A DNA stretch of 64,000 nt. Origin: Klebsormidium nitens. Taxonomy: Eukaryota; Plantae; Klebsormidiophyceae. The DNA lies in assembly GCA_000708835.1 (NCBI GenBank), contig DF237346.1, positions 22,444 to 86,443 on the forward strand. Reading direction: 5' to 3'. Below, piece after piece: positions 43,462 to 56,091 of the stretch. Position 1 is the stretch's first letter. Each line of letters begins with the position of its first letter. Position numbers and translations under genes: made by a program. The notes beneath the pieces were generated by a model that was given only the letters and a program-made list of their open reading frames with translations, was not told where the DNA came from and did not search any database.

Positions 43462-46400
43462 TCAACTACCTGCCAGAGGAAGCTTCAATCGAAGAACCCA
43501 TTGCTTTACGCTCTTGAGGACGGCAGGGACTTCCTCATCTCCTAGAACTTTCTTGCCCTTGGACCAAGATTGCCATCCGTACTCATCAAACCTCTCTGTC
43601 GGGACCACATGCACTAAACGAACCTTCACTCCGCTTGCGCTGGCGCGCTCCACCAGCTGCCGCATCCCTTCTGCGCTACATCGATGCTGGACGTTGCGCG
43701 TGAACTGGACTGCGTTGACCAGCCGTCGCCCGAGCAAACTAGTGAATCCCAAGACTCCTGCGTTTTTACCAACGGCTTCACATACGTGGGCCGTTCCAGC
43801 TTGGCCAAGTCGATTCCTTTGCTCGGTGCGTCATACTTCTTTTCCTTGCTGCCCCCAAACGCTTCCTGGATCTCCTTGATTGCTTGCTCCCTCTGTTCCT
43901 TCTCTGCTTCCTTCTCCGCTTCCGTCTCCATTCGTGGCCGACCCACTGCCCCCTTGGACACCTCCTTGACATCCTCGGGATCTAGCGCTATGCCCTGCTG
44001 ACACATGTCATGCCCGTTCTGCTCTAGAAGATCCCCGGTCAGTTTGCCCAAGGTCGGCTCCTCAGCCGCAGCGCGCAGCATCGTCGTCAGGTCCCGCCAC
44101 CTGCCGAGCTTAGCTTTCTGGTAAACAAGCTCTTTGATTTTTTGTGAACCGAGGGTGTAACCGACCCACTCAAGGTCTTCTGTTGCCTGCACATGACAAG
44201 AGTGCAGAGGTGATTAGGGTGCAAGTCCGTGGTATGTGGTCCATGTGCAGATGAGCGCATGTCCTCAAGTCTGCTGCACACCTCCGCTTTCAATTTGTGA
44301 GAACTTCAAAATAAGCACAAGCCTTATAAGCACAGGACCAACTAGAGAGGAGCCCATTGTGTCACCTGCTTCGTATTGCTCAAACATGCAATCCAAAGAT
44401 GAAAGGTCGGCTATCATTTCAGCCATAACTTTTGACCTGTGCGCCAAGCTGACTCACCTCGATGTGCGCGAAAATGTGTCGCACTTCACTGTCCGAAGAC
44501 TGGGCGCTCAGATTGTACAGCTCCACGGCCTGGTCGGCATCTAGCGTGCGCGCGATGTCGTCAAAAGACGAGGTAGGGTTCGCCAAGACGTGCCTGACGA
44601 GCCCGCCAAACTCCTTCGCGCGCTTCTCCATCTGCTCTTGCGACACCTGCTCGTAGAGGTGCTCCCGGCAGTCCTCCAGCTCCTTCAGCGTCCACACTGG
44701 GAGCCACCACAGGAAGCATCCCCTGCACCACCAATCCAGATTGCCCAGGTCACAAAGGCGAAGTGACCGCAAAAGCAAAAGCTTGGGGTCAGTAAGGGTG
44801 TAAGAGCCACTAGACAACCAGCCTGTTTGTGCCAATGAATGAAGGGGAAATCGCAGGTGTCAAGCCTAGGAGGTAAAAGATGATCCTGAAGGAAATAGGG
44901 GATTGCAAGAAGGCGCCTGAAGGAGGCGGCCTTGGAGCCAGGTTTGACCGATTTCCAGCGAGGTGCTGCGGTATCAATGGCTTGCAGCCAGGGTCCAATG
45001 CGTCCGTAACCTAGCCAAGGTTGCAGAACAACAAGAACAGAGGGACCGTACAACAAGCACGTATTTACAGTTGCGCGTTGCAGGCCCAGGCAAGCACCCA
45101 GGACCTTGGACACATCAAGGATTCGATTCCTCTCAAGCATGAAGAGGTCAATTTGGAGCAACTATTATCGTTGTTCCAACAACTTACCGTCCCTTGACGA
45201 ACTCCCAGTAATTGCCTCTGTTGGGCGAGCACAGTACCACGCAGCGACCGTAACCCCGGAACTGCGTGTGAGGAGGCGCTCGTCCATCTATCACTCGCCA
45301 GACAGTGGGGCGCGCAGAGAGAGCTGCACAACAAGAGGGGCCAATCACTCTGGGGTGGGAATGCGGCAAAACCTGTCACATACTACTTCATCCACAGCCC
45401 AGACCCAGAGTGTGCGCTTTCGCAGGGGCTTACACTGTCACCTGACTTCATCACGAAAGCGCACTTGCATTCAATATCCACCAACATAGGACCTTTGCAA
45501 TCTTTGAAGCTAGAGCCAACTACCATTTGCTGCATAACATGGCTTTCACGGTCGCAACATCATGTGAAACTGTTTGCTCACATTCAAGGGATGGGAAGTC
45601 AGCAGCGCTTTCAGAGGCCCTTTTTACGTTGATGGCGGATGGATCTGAGAAATCGAAGAAGATTATGGTGTCCCGTGTAGCCTCATCCTTGTACCTGCAA
45701 AGGCAGACTGAGAATGTTGGCAGGAAACGAGGAAGCATGAATCCCTTGTCTGGGAAGCCCTTGTTAGAAGCAAGGTGCGAAGCATGATGCTCAGCGACAC
45801 ACGCCACAAGTCAAAAGCAGGCGACTACAGAATTGGCCGGCCAAGATGGTGTACGGTACCTGTATGCCACTTGTGCCCCCTGCTTTGCTAGATGGTGCAA
45901 CAGCAGGACTGCAAACGCTGATTTGCCGATGCCCGGAGTGCCACTCAGGACGACCGCAAAGTCGTTCCCAAGAGCCTCGAGCTTCTTGAGCACCGTGCGA
46001 TAGGATTCCCGGATGAAAATGCTGTCCCTCAGGCCTGGCGGCATTCCCTCCCTGAGCTCGTGCGGAATGTCGATGAATCCACTAGCGATGTCTACTTGCG
46101 CGATGTACTCCGCGTATTTCTGGAGCCGCTCTGGAATAGAAAGCACATCATTATTGTGGTGGGGGCTGACCACTGGCAGATCCAACGCTTTTTTGCTGAT
46201 GCAAGAGATCCTGCATGAGTCAAAAAGTACCTGAAACACCGATCAAGCAGAATACTATGCTGACCGTGCGACCGAACGCTCCAGCACACCACGGCGACAA
46301 GTGGAGCTAGGTACAAAGCCTCACCCAGGACTGCAGGGTCTTGAGCCGCCACCGCTGCACACGGCAGAAGCTCTCTGTCAGCACTCCATACGCAGTCACT

Positions 46401-47392
46401 GGATAAGCCAACTGCAAATGCTTAGCATGAACAGCGGCAATAAGGTTGGAAGTACACTCTCTGCACCGCGAAACCTTTCCGTCTGCATGTGGCCCTGACC
46501 CATGAACCAACACACGAACCTCAGGCAAACCCAGATACAAAAGCCCTTTTGAAGCAGCAGCTCAACTCTCTCTAAACTCTTTCCACTGCGAAGCCTTTCA
46601 ACCTGCAGGTCGCCATGACCCATTGAGCAACGCATGAATTGCAGAAAACGCCAGATGCAAAACCATCCATGGCGTGTGCCCTGGCGCTCTCTTTAAGAAA
46701 CATCAACAAGTAGCAGCAGGGGATTTCCCCTGCACCACAACATTGGCAGCAGAACGCTGCCCATGGTCATTCCCATCTATGCGCTGGTTTGCTGAGCTGC
46801 TCCAAGGAGAGGATCTCTGCACAAGGCCGCTCTCCATGCGTCCGACAACGGGAGACGCACCTGGTGTCCGCTGCAGCTTCAGACTTTCTACCTCCGCCTG
46901 CATGAGCGCGGTCAGCCGCTGCTCCAGCGCGGCCTTCTGCTGCTCCAACGCGACCAATCTTTGCTCCAACGCGACCAATCTTTGCTCCAACAACTCTGTG
47001 CTCTTGCCATCAGCCGCAGCCGCAGCCGCAGCCGCAGCCACAACATCGATCTGGTTCTCCACACGTTCAATTCTCTTCTCCGCACGCTCGATACTCGGCG
47101 TGAGAGCCTGTGCCTTGAGATCTGCCACCTGAGGCTTACGGTTGTCCCCGCTGGGACTCCCAGCGGACTCTGCTCTTCCCCGGGGGGTCTCTGCCCTCGG
47201 CGAGAGGCGCCTCAGTCCTGAACACACCTTGTACTCGGAATGGAACCGGCCCAGCCTCGATCCCTCAAAAAGAGGGCGAGGAAGTGCCCTGAAACCAAAC
47301 CGCTGGGGCATTGCAGGGGTAATGTCTGCCTGCCCGCACGAACATAAAGCCTTCGCCCCGGCCGCCTTGAAGAGCACTGCGGCAGACGCCAT
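43462..47392 (-). CDS. Crinkler (CRN)-like P-loop plus nuclease-like protein with N-terminal coiled coil; 1-nt frameshift near 43715 (possible pseudogene)
   Basis: IFIRESYR..VVLSGTPGIGKSAF (Walker A), VIDGRAP, CSPNRGNYWEF, LPVWTLKELE..FGGLVRHVL, GDLLEQNGH, YVKPL..ESWDSL, then after a shift VQFT..H...VRLVHVVP. This is the typical order in CRN-type families. Exons 46861-47392, 45860-46130, to 45694, ~45190-45300, ~44460-44720 and 43462-44186. Confidence 0.7.
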
Positions 47393-48107
47393 AGAACCTC
47401 ACCAGTGACGTCTCGCGGAGACTATTGAATGCGGTGCTTAAGCCCTTCCAACCTGCCACTCAGCCCTCGCACTCAACTTCGACCACAATGCTGGTTGACA
47501 AAGCTGAGGCCCAGAAGAGCGCTAGATTCAGGGGTACCGAGCGTCGATACGACCGGTTTAGGGGGTGAACCCTGCTCACGGTGGGCGAGCCTTTCTAGGA
47601 CAGAATCAAGCGAAGCTGGAGCAATTGCTTTAAGGACAGGCTTTCCGGGAGGTCTTGTCGATTGTGCCCATGAAGATCACGATTCTCCTCAGTGTCGGCC
47701 ATCCTGCTTCGAGAGTAACCTTTTCACTCTGGCCTTTGCTCATGCGGTGGCACTAAAAGCTTAGTATCCCAAGGAGGAGCGCGCCTGCCCAGCTTCCAAG
47801 CTTTCGGCTCTCAAGTTGCATCAACAGTCAAGTTAACCCCGAACTCGGAAACCTGCTTTCTCGTTCCGGTACGGTTCCCGACTGGTTCCGACCCTGATCG
47901 ACCACCCGCGCGGACACTGGACAGTGACCAAACCGCGTCATGCTCCCTCTTGTCTGCACGTTTTGTCCTTCTGGACCAGTATTGCGAACCGTCCTGTTCC
48001 CTCGGGCCTGCACGTTTGTCAAGCTGAGCAGAGAGATTGCAAACACCATCTTAAAGCTTTCAGGCAGGGCTGCTCCACAGCGACACAGGCAGCCCTGAGC
48101 AGCAAAG

Positions 48108-48114
48108 TATAAAA
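48108..48114 (+). promoter_or_regulatory. Candidate TATA box (TATAAAA)
   Basis: Consensus TATAAAAG upstream of the + strand exon-like segments at 48.2-50.1 kb. Motif match only. Confidence 0.25.
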
Positions 48115-48769
48115 GCCCCTTCCATTGCCATCATTCTTCAATCCATGTCTTCGCAGCGATAAGCTGCCAATTCCTTCTCAACAACCTCTCACTCTCTCGC
48201 ATAATTCCAGCCACTTCAGCTAGCAATCGCTGCCAGACTCAATCCTGCAGCAAAATATCAACAGTGTACGACACCAGCAGTGACGCCCCAGCGGACGTGA
48301 CCAGCTTCTTCAGCCACCCGCCTTGGGAATCTCAGCAACGCGCCCCTGGTCAGACTTTCTGCAACTGATCTTTCTTCCTGTTATGACCGTGCAGAAAGAT
48401 CAGCAGATTACAAGTCCTATTTGTTTGAAGGGGTCAGTCAAAAGTTGCCAATCATACGCATAAAGAAAGAAGAGTCTCTAACTGCGAGCAACTCATTTGC
48501 AATCAGCAGCTATGCAAAGCCATTCTGAGCTCAAGCGCCATGAGTTGACGCATATATTGCTGGTGCTCTTAGCTTTGTGAAACGGAAAGATGAAATTGCT
48601 GGTTTGATCTCAATATTTTCATCGATCGTGAAACTTGCACGGTGTTTTTGATCTGAATGACAGGGTAAGGGCATCGTTTCAGCAGCAGGAGGTTCCCTTT
48701 TGGAAACGTGGAACTTCTGTGCTGAAGGGTTGCTTGTTCAAAACACCCGTAGGCATCAGCATACCTGCC

Positions 48770-50093
48770 ATGGGGTCTGACCTGTGCTTCCCTTGGGAAA
48801 GGTGAGCTTTATCCCCTGCACAAAGGGCAGCTCCTGAAGTTGCAGGGTAGTACAGCTTTCGAGAAGCTTTGTAATGCTGTGACATCTCGCAAAACTGCCT
48901 GCAGGTCATAGCCATGGTCGGTGCCAGGCTGATTCACCACCATTGCACCACCTCTGCAGCACACTCTCCTATGCTAGCTAGCATCTGCTCCATACTCTGT
49001 GGACCCAACCCATTTAGCTCAAATGTTGTAGCGGAACATCTTCAAGTCGACGCGCCTTTTTGCTTATTCCTCCCCCCATTCTGGACTGCCGCAGCCTGCA
49101 AAAACCCTTGTGCTGATAGTCCTTTCTCTTTGCAGCGACCTGTCGGCTTCTGATGCCTCTGAAGGAGAGGATCTTGAAGGCGTTGAGTATGAACCTCGTT
49201 CCATCGATGGGTCTAAGTCAGAAGAATCACGGAGAGCTTCTTCAATGACGATGATTCTGCCAGCGTTCAGGGGCCGAGTTTCTACCGAGCTATCAACAAT
49301 GAAATTGTTGTCAACCCCAGGAACAAGAAGAACCAGGCCCCAGTGAGTCGTTCAAAACGGAAGTGCCTCGTACACTTGCACGCTCAGCAGATTTGTTACC
49401 TTCCTTCAGAAGCATATGCTAGCACAGCCAAGTCCATGAGTGCTTTCATTTTTGTTGCTGTTGACTGTTGCTTGTCTCATTTTGAGGTGTCGATTGATCT
49501 TTGTGAAGCGGGAGGCAAGCTGCCGAGGTTATGATGGTGAGAAAATGCTCGTGTCATTGCTCTTAAGGATATTCACCGGCCTCTCCGTATCGCTGGAACA
49601 AGAACAATGCGTTTAAAAAGGATCCCCTCATAACACTCCCAATCAAAGGCAAGGTAAAGAGAGAAGGGGAGGGGCTGCATGCCTGACTAGTTTTGCCTAG
49701 TGGAAAGGGTAGTGGGTGCGACAGCTAGCAACCAGGCTCGATGGCAACATGAGCCAGAAATGGAAGGTGGAAAGTACGGCGCTGTCGCACGAAGCGGAAT
49801 ATCAAGGTTGATTTCTGCTTTAGAGCAATGGGTTGCAGCAACCTTCCGTCTTGGATATACTTGTGAGTATAATTGATGAAGTTCCATCTTTGTAGGTGCT
49901 GTCCCCTCGCCGCTTACCTGCCGGCCGCTCACCACGGAGAGTAGAGAGAGATGGGAAAATGACTTCTCCTGAGGAGGAAGATGATGGTCCAGTGCTTACT
50001 AGCGGGCAAGCACTTATGACTAAGCTTCGGCGTATCATCCTCTCACAGGAGTCACAGGAGGAGACCGCAGCAACATTGCGGCCACTTCTAGAG
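48770..50093 (+). CDS. Putative acidic/low-complexity 5' exons that could splice onto the primase-helicase
   Basis: 48770-48801 (AG|gtgag, phase 2) joins 49136 (cag|C GAC CTG). 49342 (CCA|gtgag) joins 49896-50093 (phase 0), which is phase-compatible with the acceptor at 51068. Exon 49136-49342 needs one frameshift. Confidence 0.35.
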
Positions 50094-50519
50094 GTGCGGT
50101 CGCTATGTACTTAAATCGTTTTTGATGTGTGCACTAAGATGATTTTGTGTTTTTGAAAGAACTGTCAATCCGGATTGTATAGCTTGGATTGACTCCGCTA
50201 GGAGCTGTTTCTAGTTTAGTGTGTATATATTAATGTGTATCAAGAGTGTTCTATCGATCAGCCGGTGCATGCAAGGCCTTGTACCACACAAACATGTGTA
50301 GCACACGGAGAAAATCTGATGGTATATTTGCAAAGATGCATTGCACAGAGGCAAAATGTGGTGCGGTGTATACATAAAGAGGTGTATCAGTCCGAACTTC
50401 CAAGTGCATGACATCTGTTATAGATTATGCATTTTCTTGGATGCATCAAACACCCCACTGCAGCCAAGACTGCCCCCTCGAGTTATTGCGCAGGTCTAAA
50501 AGTTTAACAAAAAACAATT

Positions 50520-51040
50520 AAAAGGGCCTTTCCTTTCTATATGTAAAATTGGCAACTTTTGACTGGCTCCTCGACCGCCGGAGTTGCACAAAACTTGAGG
50601 TGAATACAAAATGCATTTCTAGCCTAGCGTAGCCAAAACCCCTCTCCTTTTCTATATATATAATCGGTGACTTTTTGGCTGATCCCTCGGGTTGGAGTTG
50701 CGCAAGTCTTGAGTTGAATACTAAAAATGTGTTTCTAGCCTAGCACAGCCAAAACGCCTCTCCTTTTCTATGTATAAAACCGACGACTTTTGGCTGATCC
50801 CTCGACCGCCCGAGAGCAACGTAGACTAGGGAAGGAGCCATAGGAAGAATTCCTAGCCTAGCGTAGCCAAAACGCCTTGCCTTTTCTTCCTAAGATGTAA
50901 AAGCGGCGACTTTCGGTTGATCCCTTGACCGCCGTAGAGTGGCATAGAGTAGAGAAGGAATCATAGGAAGAATCTCTAACCTAGCGCAGCCAAAACGCCT
51001 CTCCTTTCTATATATAAAGCCGGCAACTTTTGGCTGATCC
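50520..51040 (+). repeat. Array of 5 units (~116-123 bp) with a 51-bp quasi-palindromic core CAGCCAAAA-CRCCTCTC..TTCTATATRTAAA..GGCAAC-TTTTGGCTG
   Basis: Cores start at ~50520 (partial), 50630, 50746, 50864 and 50987. Spacers are related to each other. Confidence 0.9.
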
Positions 51041-51068
51041 CTCGTCGCCATTTCCCTCTTGTCTCCAG

Positions 51069-54000
51069 GGGGTGACCTCTGAGGCGGATGAGTGGGGCCA
51101 TATGTGGTGCTCGCGGCTTGCACCGGTAATATCCATCTTCGAAAGCCAGCGGCTACTGGCATCCGACGCCTTTGTTGCTACATGCGACGTTGGCAACAAA
51201 GGGGCAAAGATGTACAGCATCTTTACCAGCGCGGAATCATTCGAGGAGTATATTATAAAAAATCAAGCCAACGACAGCACGCCACACGTCTATGAGGTAC
51301 TGCTTGCTTCGGAGGCCTCTTGGCTATACTTAGACCTCGACTACACGTGTCATGTTCAGAACTCCCAAGATTTCCAACAAAGACGCCAACATCTTCATCG
51401 CCTCCTCGATCACTTTTGTGCTGATGTGATGCAGCTGTCTCTTCAACATCACCAGAGAGTGAATCTGCAAGTTGCGGCCTCACATGGATCTATTGCCCAG
51501 GGGTGCTTTAAGAGCAGCGTTCATGAAGTTTTCAAAGGAATTTACTTCCCTGATCTTGAAACACGTGTAGAATTCAAGAAAGCCTTCGGTCACTTCTTAG
51601 ACCATCCTCCCGCTGAGCTAGCACACAGCGCCGAATTTGTACAATACGTGAAACCTGGCAGCACGATTATACACAAAGTTTGGGATTCGGCTGTCTATTC
51701 TTCGAACCAGGTTTGGCGTACTCTTTGTTCAAGCAAGCACGGAAGTAACCGCGTACTTTTCTCAGAAGAAGGAAGCTCGGATTGCATTCTTGACCATTTC
51801 ATTGGCGTTCGAGGAGATGAGAACTTGATTGCCGCGCATAAAGTTGAAATCGAAGTGCTCCAAGCTTACAATGCAACGGCCGGAAGCGATAGCAAAAAAA
51901 ACATCCGCAAGGATTGCGAGGGTATACAAGAGCGGTCAATCCCCTTGCGGCGGTATTACAATGACAGCTTACAAGACAAACCACTACAGAGGGACCTTAG
52001 TCCGGAAGAACTGGCGCGACTTTTGGAGTGTGCTCAACAAGATCATTTGGGCGCGACACTGGAGCGGCCACGACAGATGTGCTCAGGCACCTTCATTGTC
52101 CATATCCAAGCGCCCTCTGTAAGCCGCACCTGTTGCCTTGCCGGCCGGCCTCACAATAGCCAGGGCAATGGTCAATACCTTGTCTATCGACGGGCAAAAC
52201 CAACTGAGGCGTTGTATAGATGCTTCTCACCCCATTGCCAGTGAGTTTGAGTCTTATTTATAAGAAGTTCGATTCTCGAGCTGAATTCACGCCTTTGCTA
52301 TCACCATCGTTTTTTGCTTTCTAGGAGATAACTAGCTCTTTGAACTATCTTCAAAGAAAACATCCTCTCGTGACCGGCTGAAAATAACGCAAGGCTCTTG
52401 GTGCATGCCTGCCTGCATAAAGTTAAATAAGCAAGAGTCAGCCAAAAAGTTGCTGGCAATGGAATCAGTTTCTGTGGAAATTACAAATTGCCTTTAAGCT
52501 AACTAAGTGTTTGCTTTCTTCTTTTCTACAGAGGCACCGAGCGCCTGCTCTCTCTTGGAAGCACCCTCCGTTGGACCGAGGATTACTCGTCGCCGATGGG
52601 AATGCGGCCATATCCAACACACAGAATCAAACCCGAAACTTTGCGGACCATATTGATTAAAGCAAACAAAGGAATTGGTAAGTCAAAGGCTGGCACTATC
52701 TATCTCAAGGAAATGTTAACCATAAATCCCTCCGCCAGTTGCGTCGTCATTGCCGGCAACGTGGCGCTTGCTGGCAAGCATCTTGAGGAGCTTCATAGCG
52801 TGGGGTTATCGGACTTTGTCCTCTATTCTGAAGTGGAAGGGAGTATTGAAGACAGACGGGTTGTTGTCTGCATCAATTCTGTGCCACGATTGTCCTCTTT
52901 CGATAAAGACATCGTCTACATGGACGAAATCGACATGACTCTTAGCAATCTAAGTTCCGATGTAATGAGGGATCGGCGAATGGTATTTTTGGGGCTGCAC
53001 GAGATCGTCGAGACAGCGCGTATTGTGGTGGGCTTGGACGCAAACGTCGATAGTGCACGCGTTGTTGAATGGCTCGAAGCTGTTCGTCCTGCCGCCTCCA
53101 TCTACGCCATCAAAAATACGGGGGTTCGCCGGTCAGAGCGAACAGCTACCATCTTGCCGCTACCCCCTGCAACGAAGTTGAAAGACCGGTTTGCCCCAAT
53201 TGTGAATCGGATCCTGGCAAACGTCGAGGCAGGAGAAAACATCTGGGTAAGTTTTTCAAAGTGTTGGAAAACCTGTTAAATGCTCGAATCGCTGGTCGAA
53301 TTGCAAATACTTGTTGTTGCACTCATGCTGTAGCAAATGTCAATTGTTGACATGGTAAGATGTTTCTCTTAAAAGCATGCACTCTCAAACTGTCTTTCAA
53401 CGTTTAAATGCAAATTGAGTACTTAAAGAGTGCTTCTCATTGCAGGTTGCCTCAACAAGCAGAACCTTTATTGAGCAACTCGAAGAAGGTTTCAATGCAG
53501 CGTTCGTCAATGGAGATAAAACGATTCTTACATTCCACGGAGGAAAAACATCGGCAGAAGACAAAGAGTTGCTTCAACGAGCGGTAGCCGAACCAAATGG
53601 CTGCATGGTTGCCCACTGTCTCGGTTACTCTCCAACTATTGGGCCTGGCGTATCGATGGAGGCTAAACACTACCATCGTGGGGTAGGGATTGGATTGAAT
53701 CGCCTAGAGCATGGCCCAGATGTTTTCACTTTCACACAAATGTTACAAAGAGTGCGCGATGGAGGCAATATTGAGATATACTATATGGAAAGCGGCGCCC
53801 CCAAGTTTGCACCTTCAACCAAAGAAGACGTCTTTAGAGCGATTGAACGGGAGGACGCCCAACTGCACTCTCTGATCAATCCAACTGAAGTCCTCGACTT
53901 TCTGAAATTACGTGGCAAGCGTCCTATTTGTGATCGAGCTTCTCCCACCTGTATTGTCTACGCTAACAATGTTTTGGCAAGGTACCAGAGCGTGACAAAC

Positions 54001-55957
54001 TACGTGAGCATATTGATGAAAGATCTTGAAGAGCAAGGGCTTACAGTGGTTGACAAACTGGAGGAAACGCAGCAGGAGGTCGAGGTACAGGAAGGTCCAG
54101 CCGAGAAATCCGGATCAGACCCTGATGCAGATCTTTCCGATGATGAGTGGCGCAAGCGGTTTTGTATCTCGCAAGAGGAAAATAAAGAAATAGTGAAGAA
54201 AAGAAAGAACCATGAGGGCGTGAGTAAGCTACAGGAGAAACAACAGAAAATCTACTTTTATGCAAATGAAGTCTACAAAGTGGATTACAAGAAAATCAAC
54301 CACTCATTCCTTGTGGACTACTGCAACGATTCCACACTGATTGAGTATACAAATTATCGAAGGTGAGTCTTTCTCTCCCTAACGTCACTGCCACGGCCAC
54401 ATTTTTGTGGCTGCTAAAAGAAACAGCCAAAAGTCGCCAGTTGTACATATAGAAAAAGAGAGGTGTTTTGGCTGCCAGGGTCAAGAGTCTCTCTATCTGT
54501 TGTTTCGCGATCGGCGTTTCTGCTGCTGCTCGATGACACAGCCAAAAGTTGCCAATTTTACATATAGAAAAAGAGAGGTGTTTTGACTGCCAAATTCAGG
54601 AGTCTCTCTATCTGTTGTCTTGCGTCCAAAGTCTCTGCTGCTGCTCGAGGGAACAGCCAAAAGTTGCCAGCTTTACATATAGAAAAAGAGAGGTGTTTTG
54701 GCTGCCAAATTCAGGAGTCTCTCTATCTGTTGTTCCGCGTCCAAAGTCTCTGCTGCTGCTCGAGGGAACAGCCAAAAGTTGCCAGCTTTACATATAGAAA
54801 AAGAGAGGTGTTTTGGCTGCTAGGGTCAAGAGTCTCTCTTTCTGTTGTTCCACGTCCAAAGTCTCTGCTGCTGCTCGAGGGAACAGCCAAAAGTTGCCAG
54901 CTTTACATATAGAAAAAGAGAGGTGTTTTGGCTGCTAGGGTCAAGAGTTTCTCTATCTGTTGTTCCGCAATCAGAGTTTCTGCTGCTGCTGCTCGAGGAA
55001 ACAGCCAAAAGTTGCCAGCTTTACATATAGAAAAAGAGAGGTGTTTTGGCTGCCAAGTCAGCAAGCCTTTTTTTTGGTCTGCCCGCTACTCTACGACGAT
55101 CGAGGAGTCAGCCTAACTTTCAACTGTATCCTCAATGATCAAAGAGCATCCATTAACCCCCCCATGTTTCTATATGTAAACCTGGGAACTTTTCGCTGGC
55201 AAGGCCGGAACAATAGATGGACCCCCAAACTTAGCAGCCAAAAGTTGCCAGCTTTGCATATGATAGAAAAGTAGAGGTGTTCTGGTTGAAGTCTCTCTAT
55301 TGCTCTAGCCATTGCTCTATCACGCGGCTCGATGAGACTGACAAAAGTTGCCAACTTTACGCATGGAGAAGGGAAAGTGGTTTGACTTCTGTTTGATTAA
55401 AAAGGACGTTTTGCCGGCAGTACTAAAAAAGTGCCTTTTTTCTTTACAGGTTTCAGCGCTTTCCATACGAAATGCTTCGATCAGAATGGGAATTGACGCT
55501 TAGCAATGCCAACAATCTTCTTCCAACAAAGGATTACCTGGAGACTCGCGACAAACCCAAATACCGTATCATATTCGCGTACTCTCTACTCGCTGAAATG
55601 CTTGAAGTCTCTCCCGAGGATGTTGACCACTTGCAAATCGGCGTTTCTTACGAGATCTCTGAGAGAAACCTTCAAGCTGCCTATGAAAAACTGGTGAAGC
55701 CACAGCTAGCCTTCGTAAAGCAATGGTACGACATCAAGCAAAAAGTCCCTAAGGACAAGAACTCTGGTGAAGCAGTTATGTCGGACGCTCTGAAGCGCAA
55801 CGTTGTCAAAAAGGTTTTGCAACTTGGTCTAGGGCTGAGGTTTGAAGAGATAGCAAATAAGAAGAGCAATCACAAGTTTGTGAAGGCACACAGATTTAGC
55901 CCAGATTTATGGAAAGACATGCACGTTCGATTTGGAGGAGCAGAAGCTGAAATCTAA
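51069..55957 (+). CDS. AEP (PrimPol/herpes-NCLDV-like) primase - Zn finger - UL9-like origin-binding SF2 helicase fusion, ~1100 aa, 4 core exons
   Basis: Exons 51069-52240, 52532-53246, 53446-54362 and 55450-55957 are all phase-compatible GT-AG. AEP motifs: YEVL..WLYLDLD, SSVH, DSAVYSSNQVWR..SSKHG. Zn finger: CCLAGRPH..CFSPHC. Helicase: ILIKANKGIGKS, YMDEID, LDAN, YSPTIGPGVS, QMLQRVR. Confidence 0.82.
54424..55370 (-). repeat. Intronic array of the same 51-bp core in inverted orientation, 115-bp period
   Basis: CAGCCAAAAGTTGCCAGCTTTACATATAGAAAAAGAGAGGTGTTTTGGCTG starts at 54424, 54539, 54654, 54769, 54884 and 55002. Degenerate copies lie at ~55235 and ~55340, and a flipped partial at ~55155-55195. 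All lie within intron 54363-55449. Confidence 0.93.
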
Positions 55958-56091
55958 AATTGCATGCAGGTTGCAGTCAATCAATTTGTTTGCTTTCATT
56001 CTTATTCGCATTGAACCAATGAGTCCTTACTGCAGCATGTTTTGCCGAAGCATAAGGAACTGCAAGAGTGATGCATGCACTTCAGATGTTT

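Noticed and set aside
54424-55060. CRISPR array (regular palindromic repeat with spacers)
   Set aside because: The spacers are near-identical to each other (tandem 115-bp units), no cas genes are present, and the array lies in a spliceosomal intron of a eukaryotic gene.
54549-55274. Listed ORFs with REQPKVASFTYRKREVFWL repeats
   Set aside because: These are translations of the intronic 115-bp repeat. The 115-bp period shifts frame every unit, and the region is spliced out in the phase-consistent gene model.
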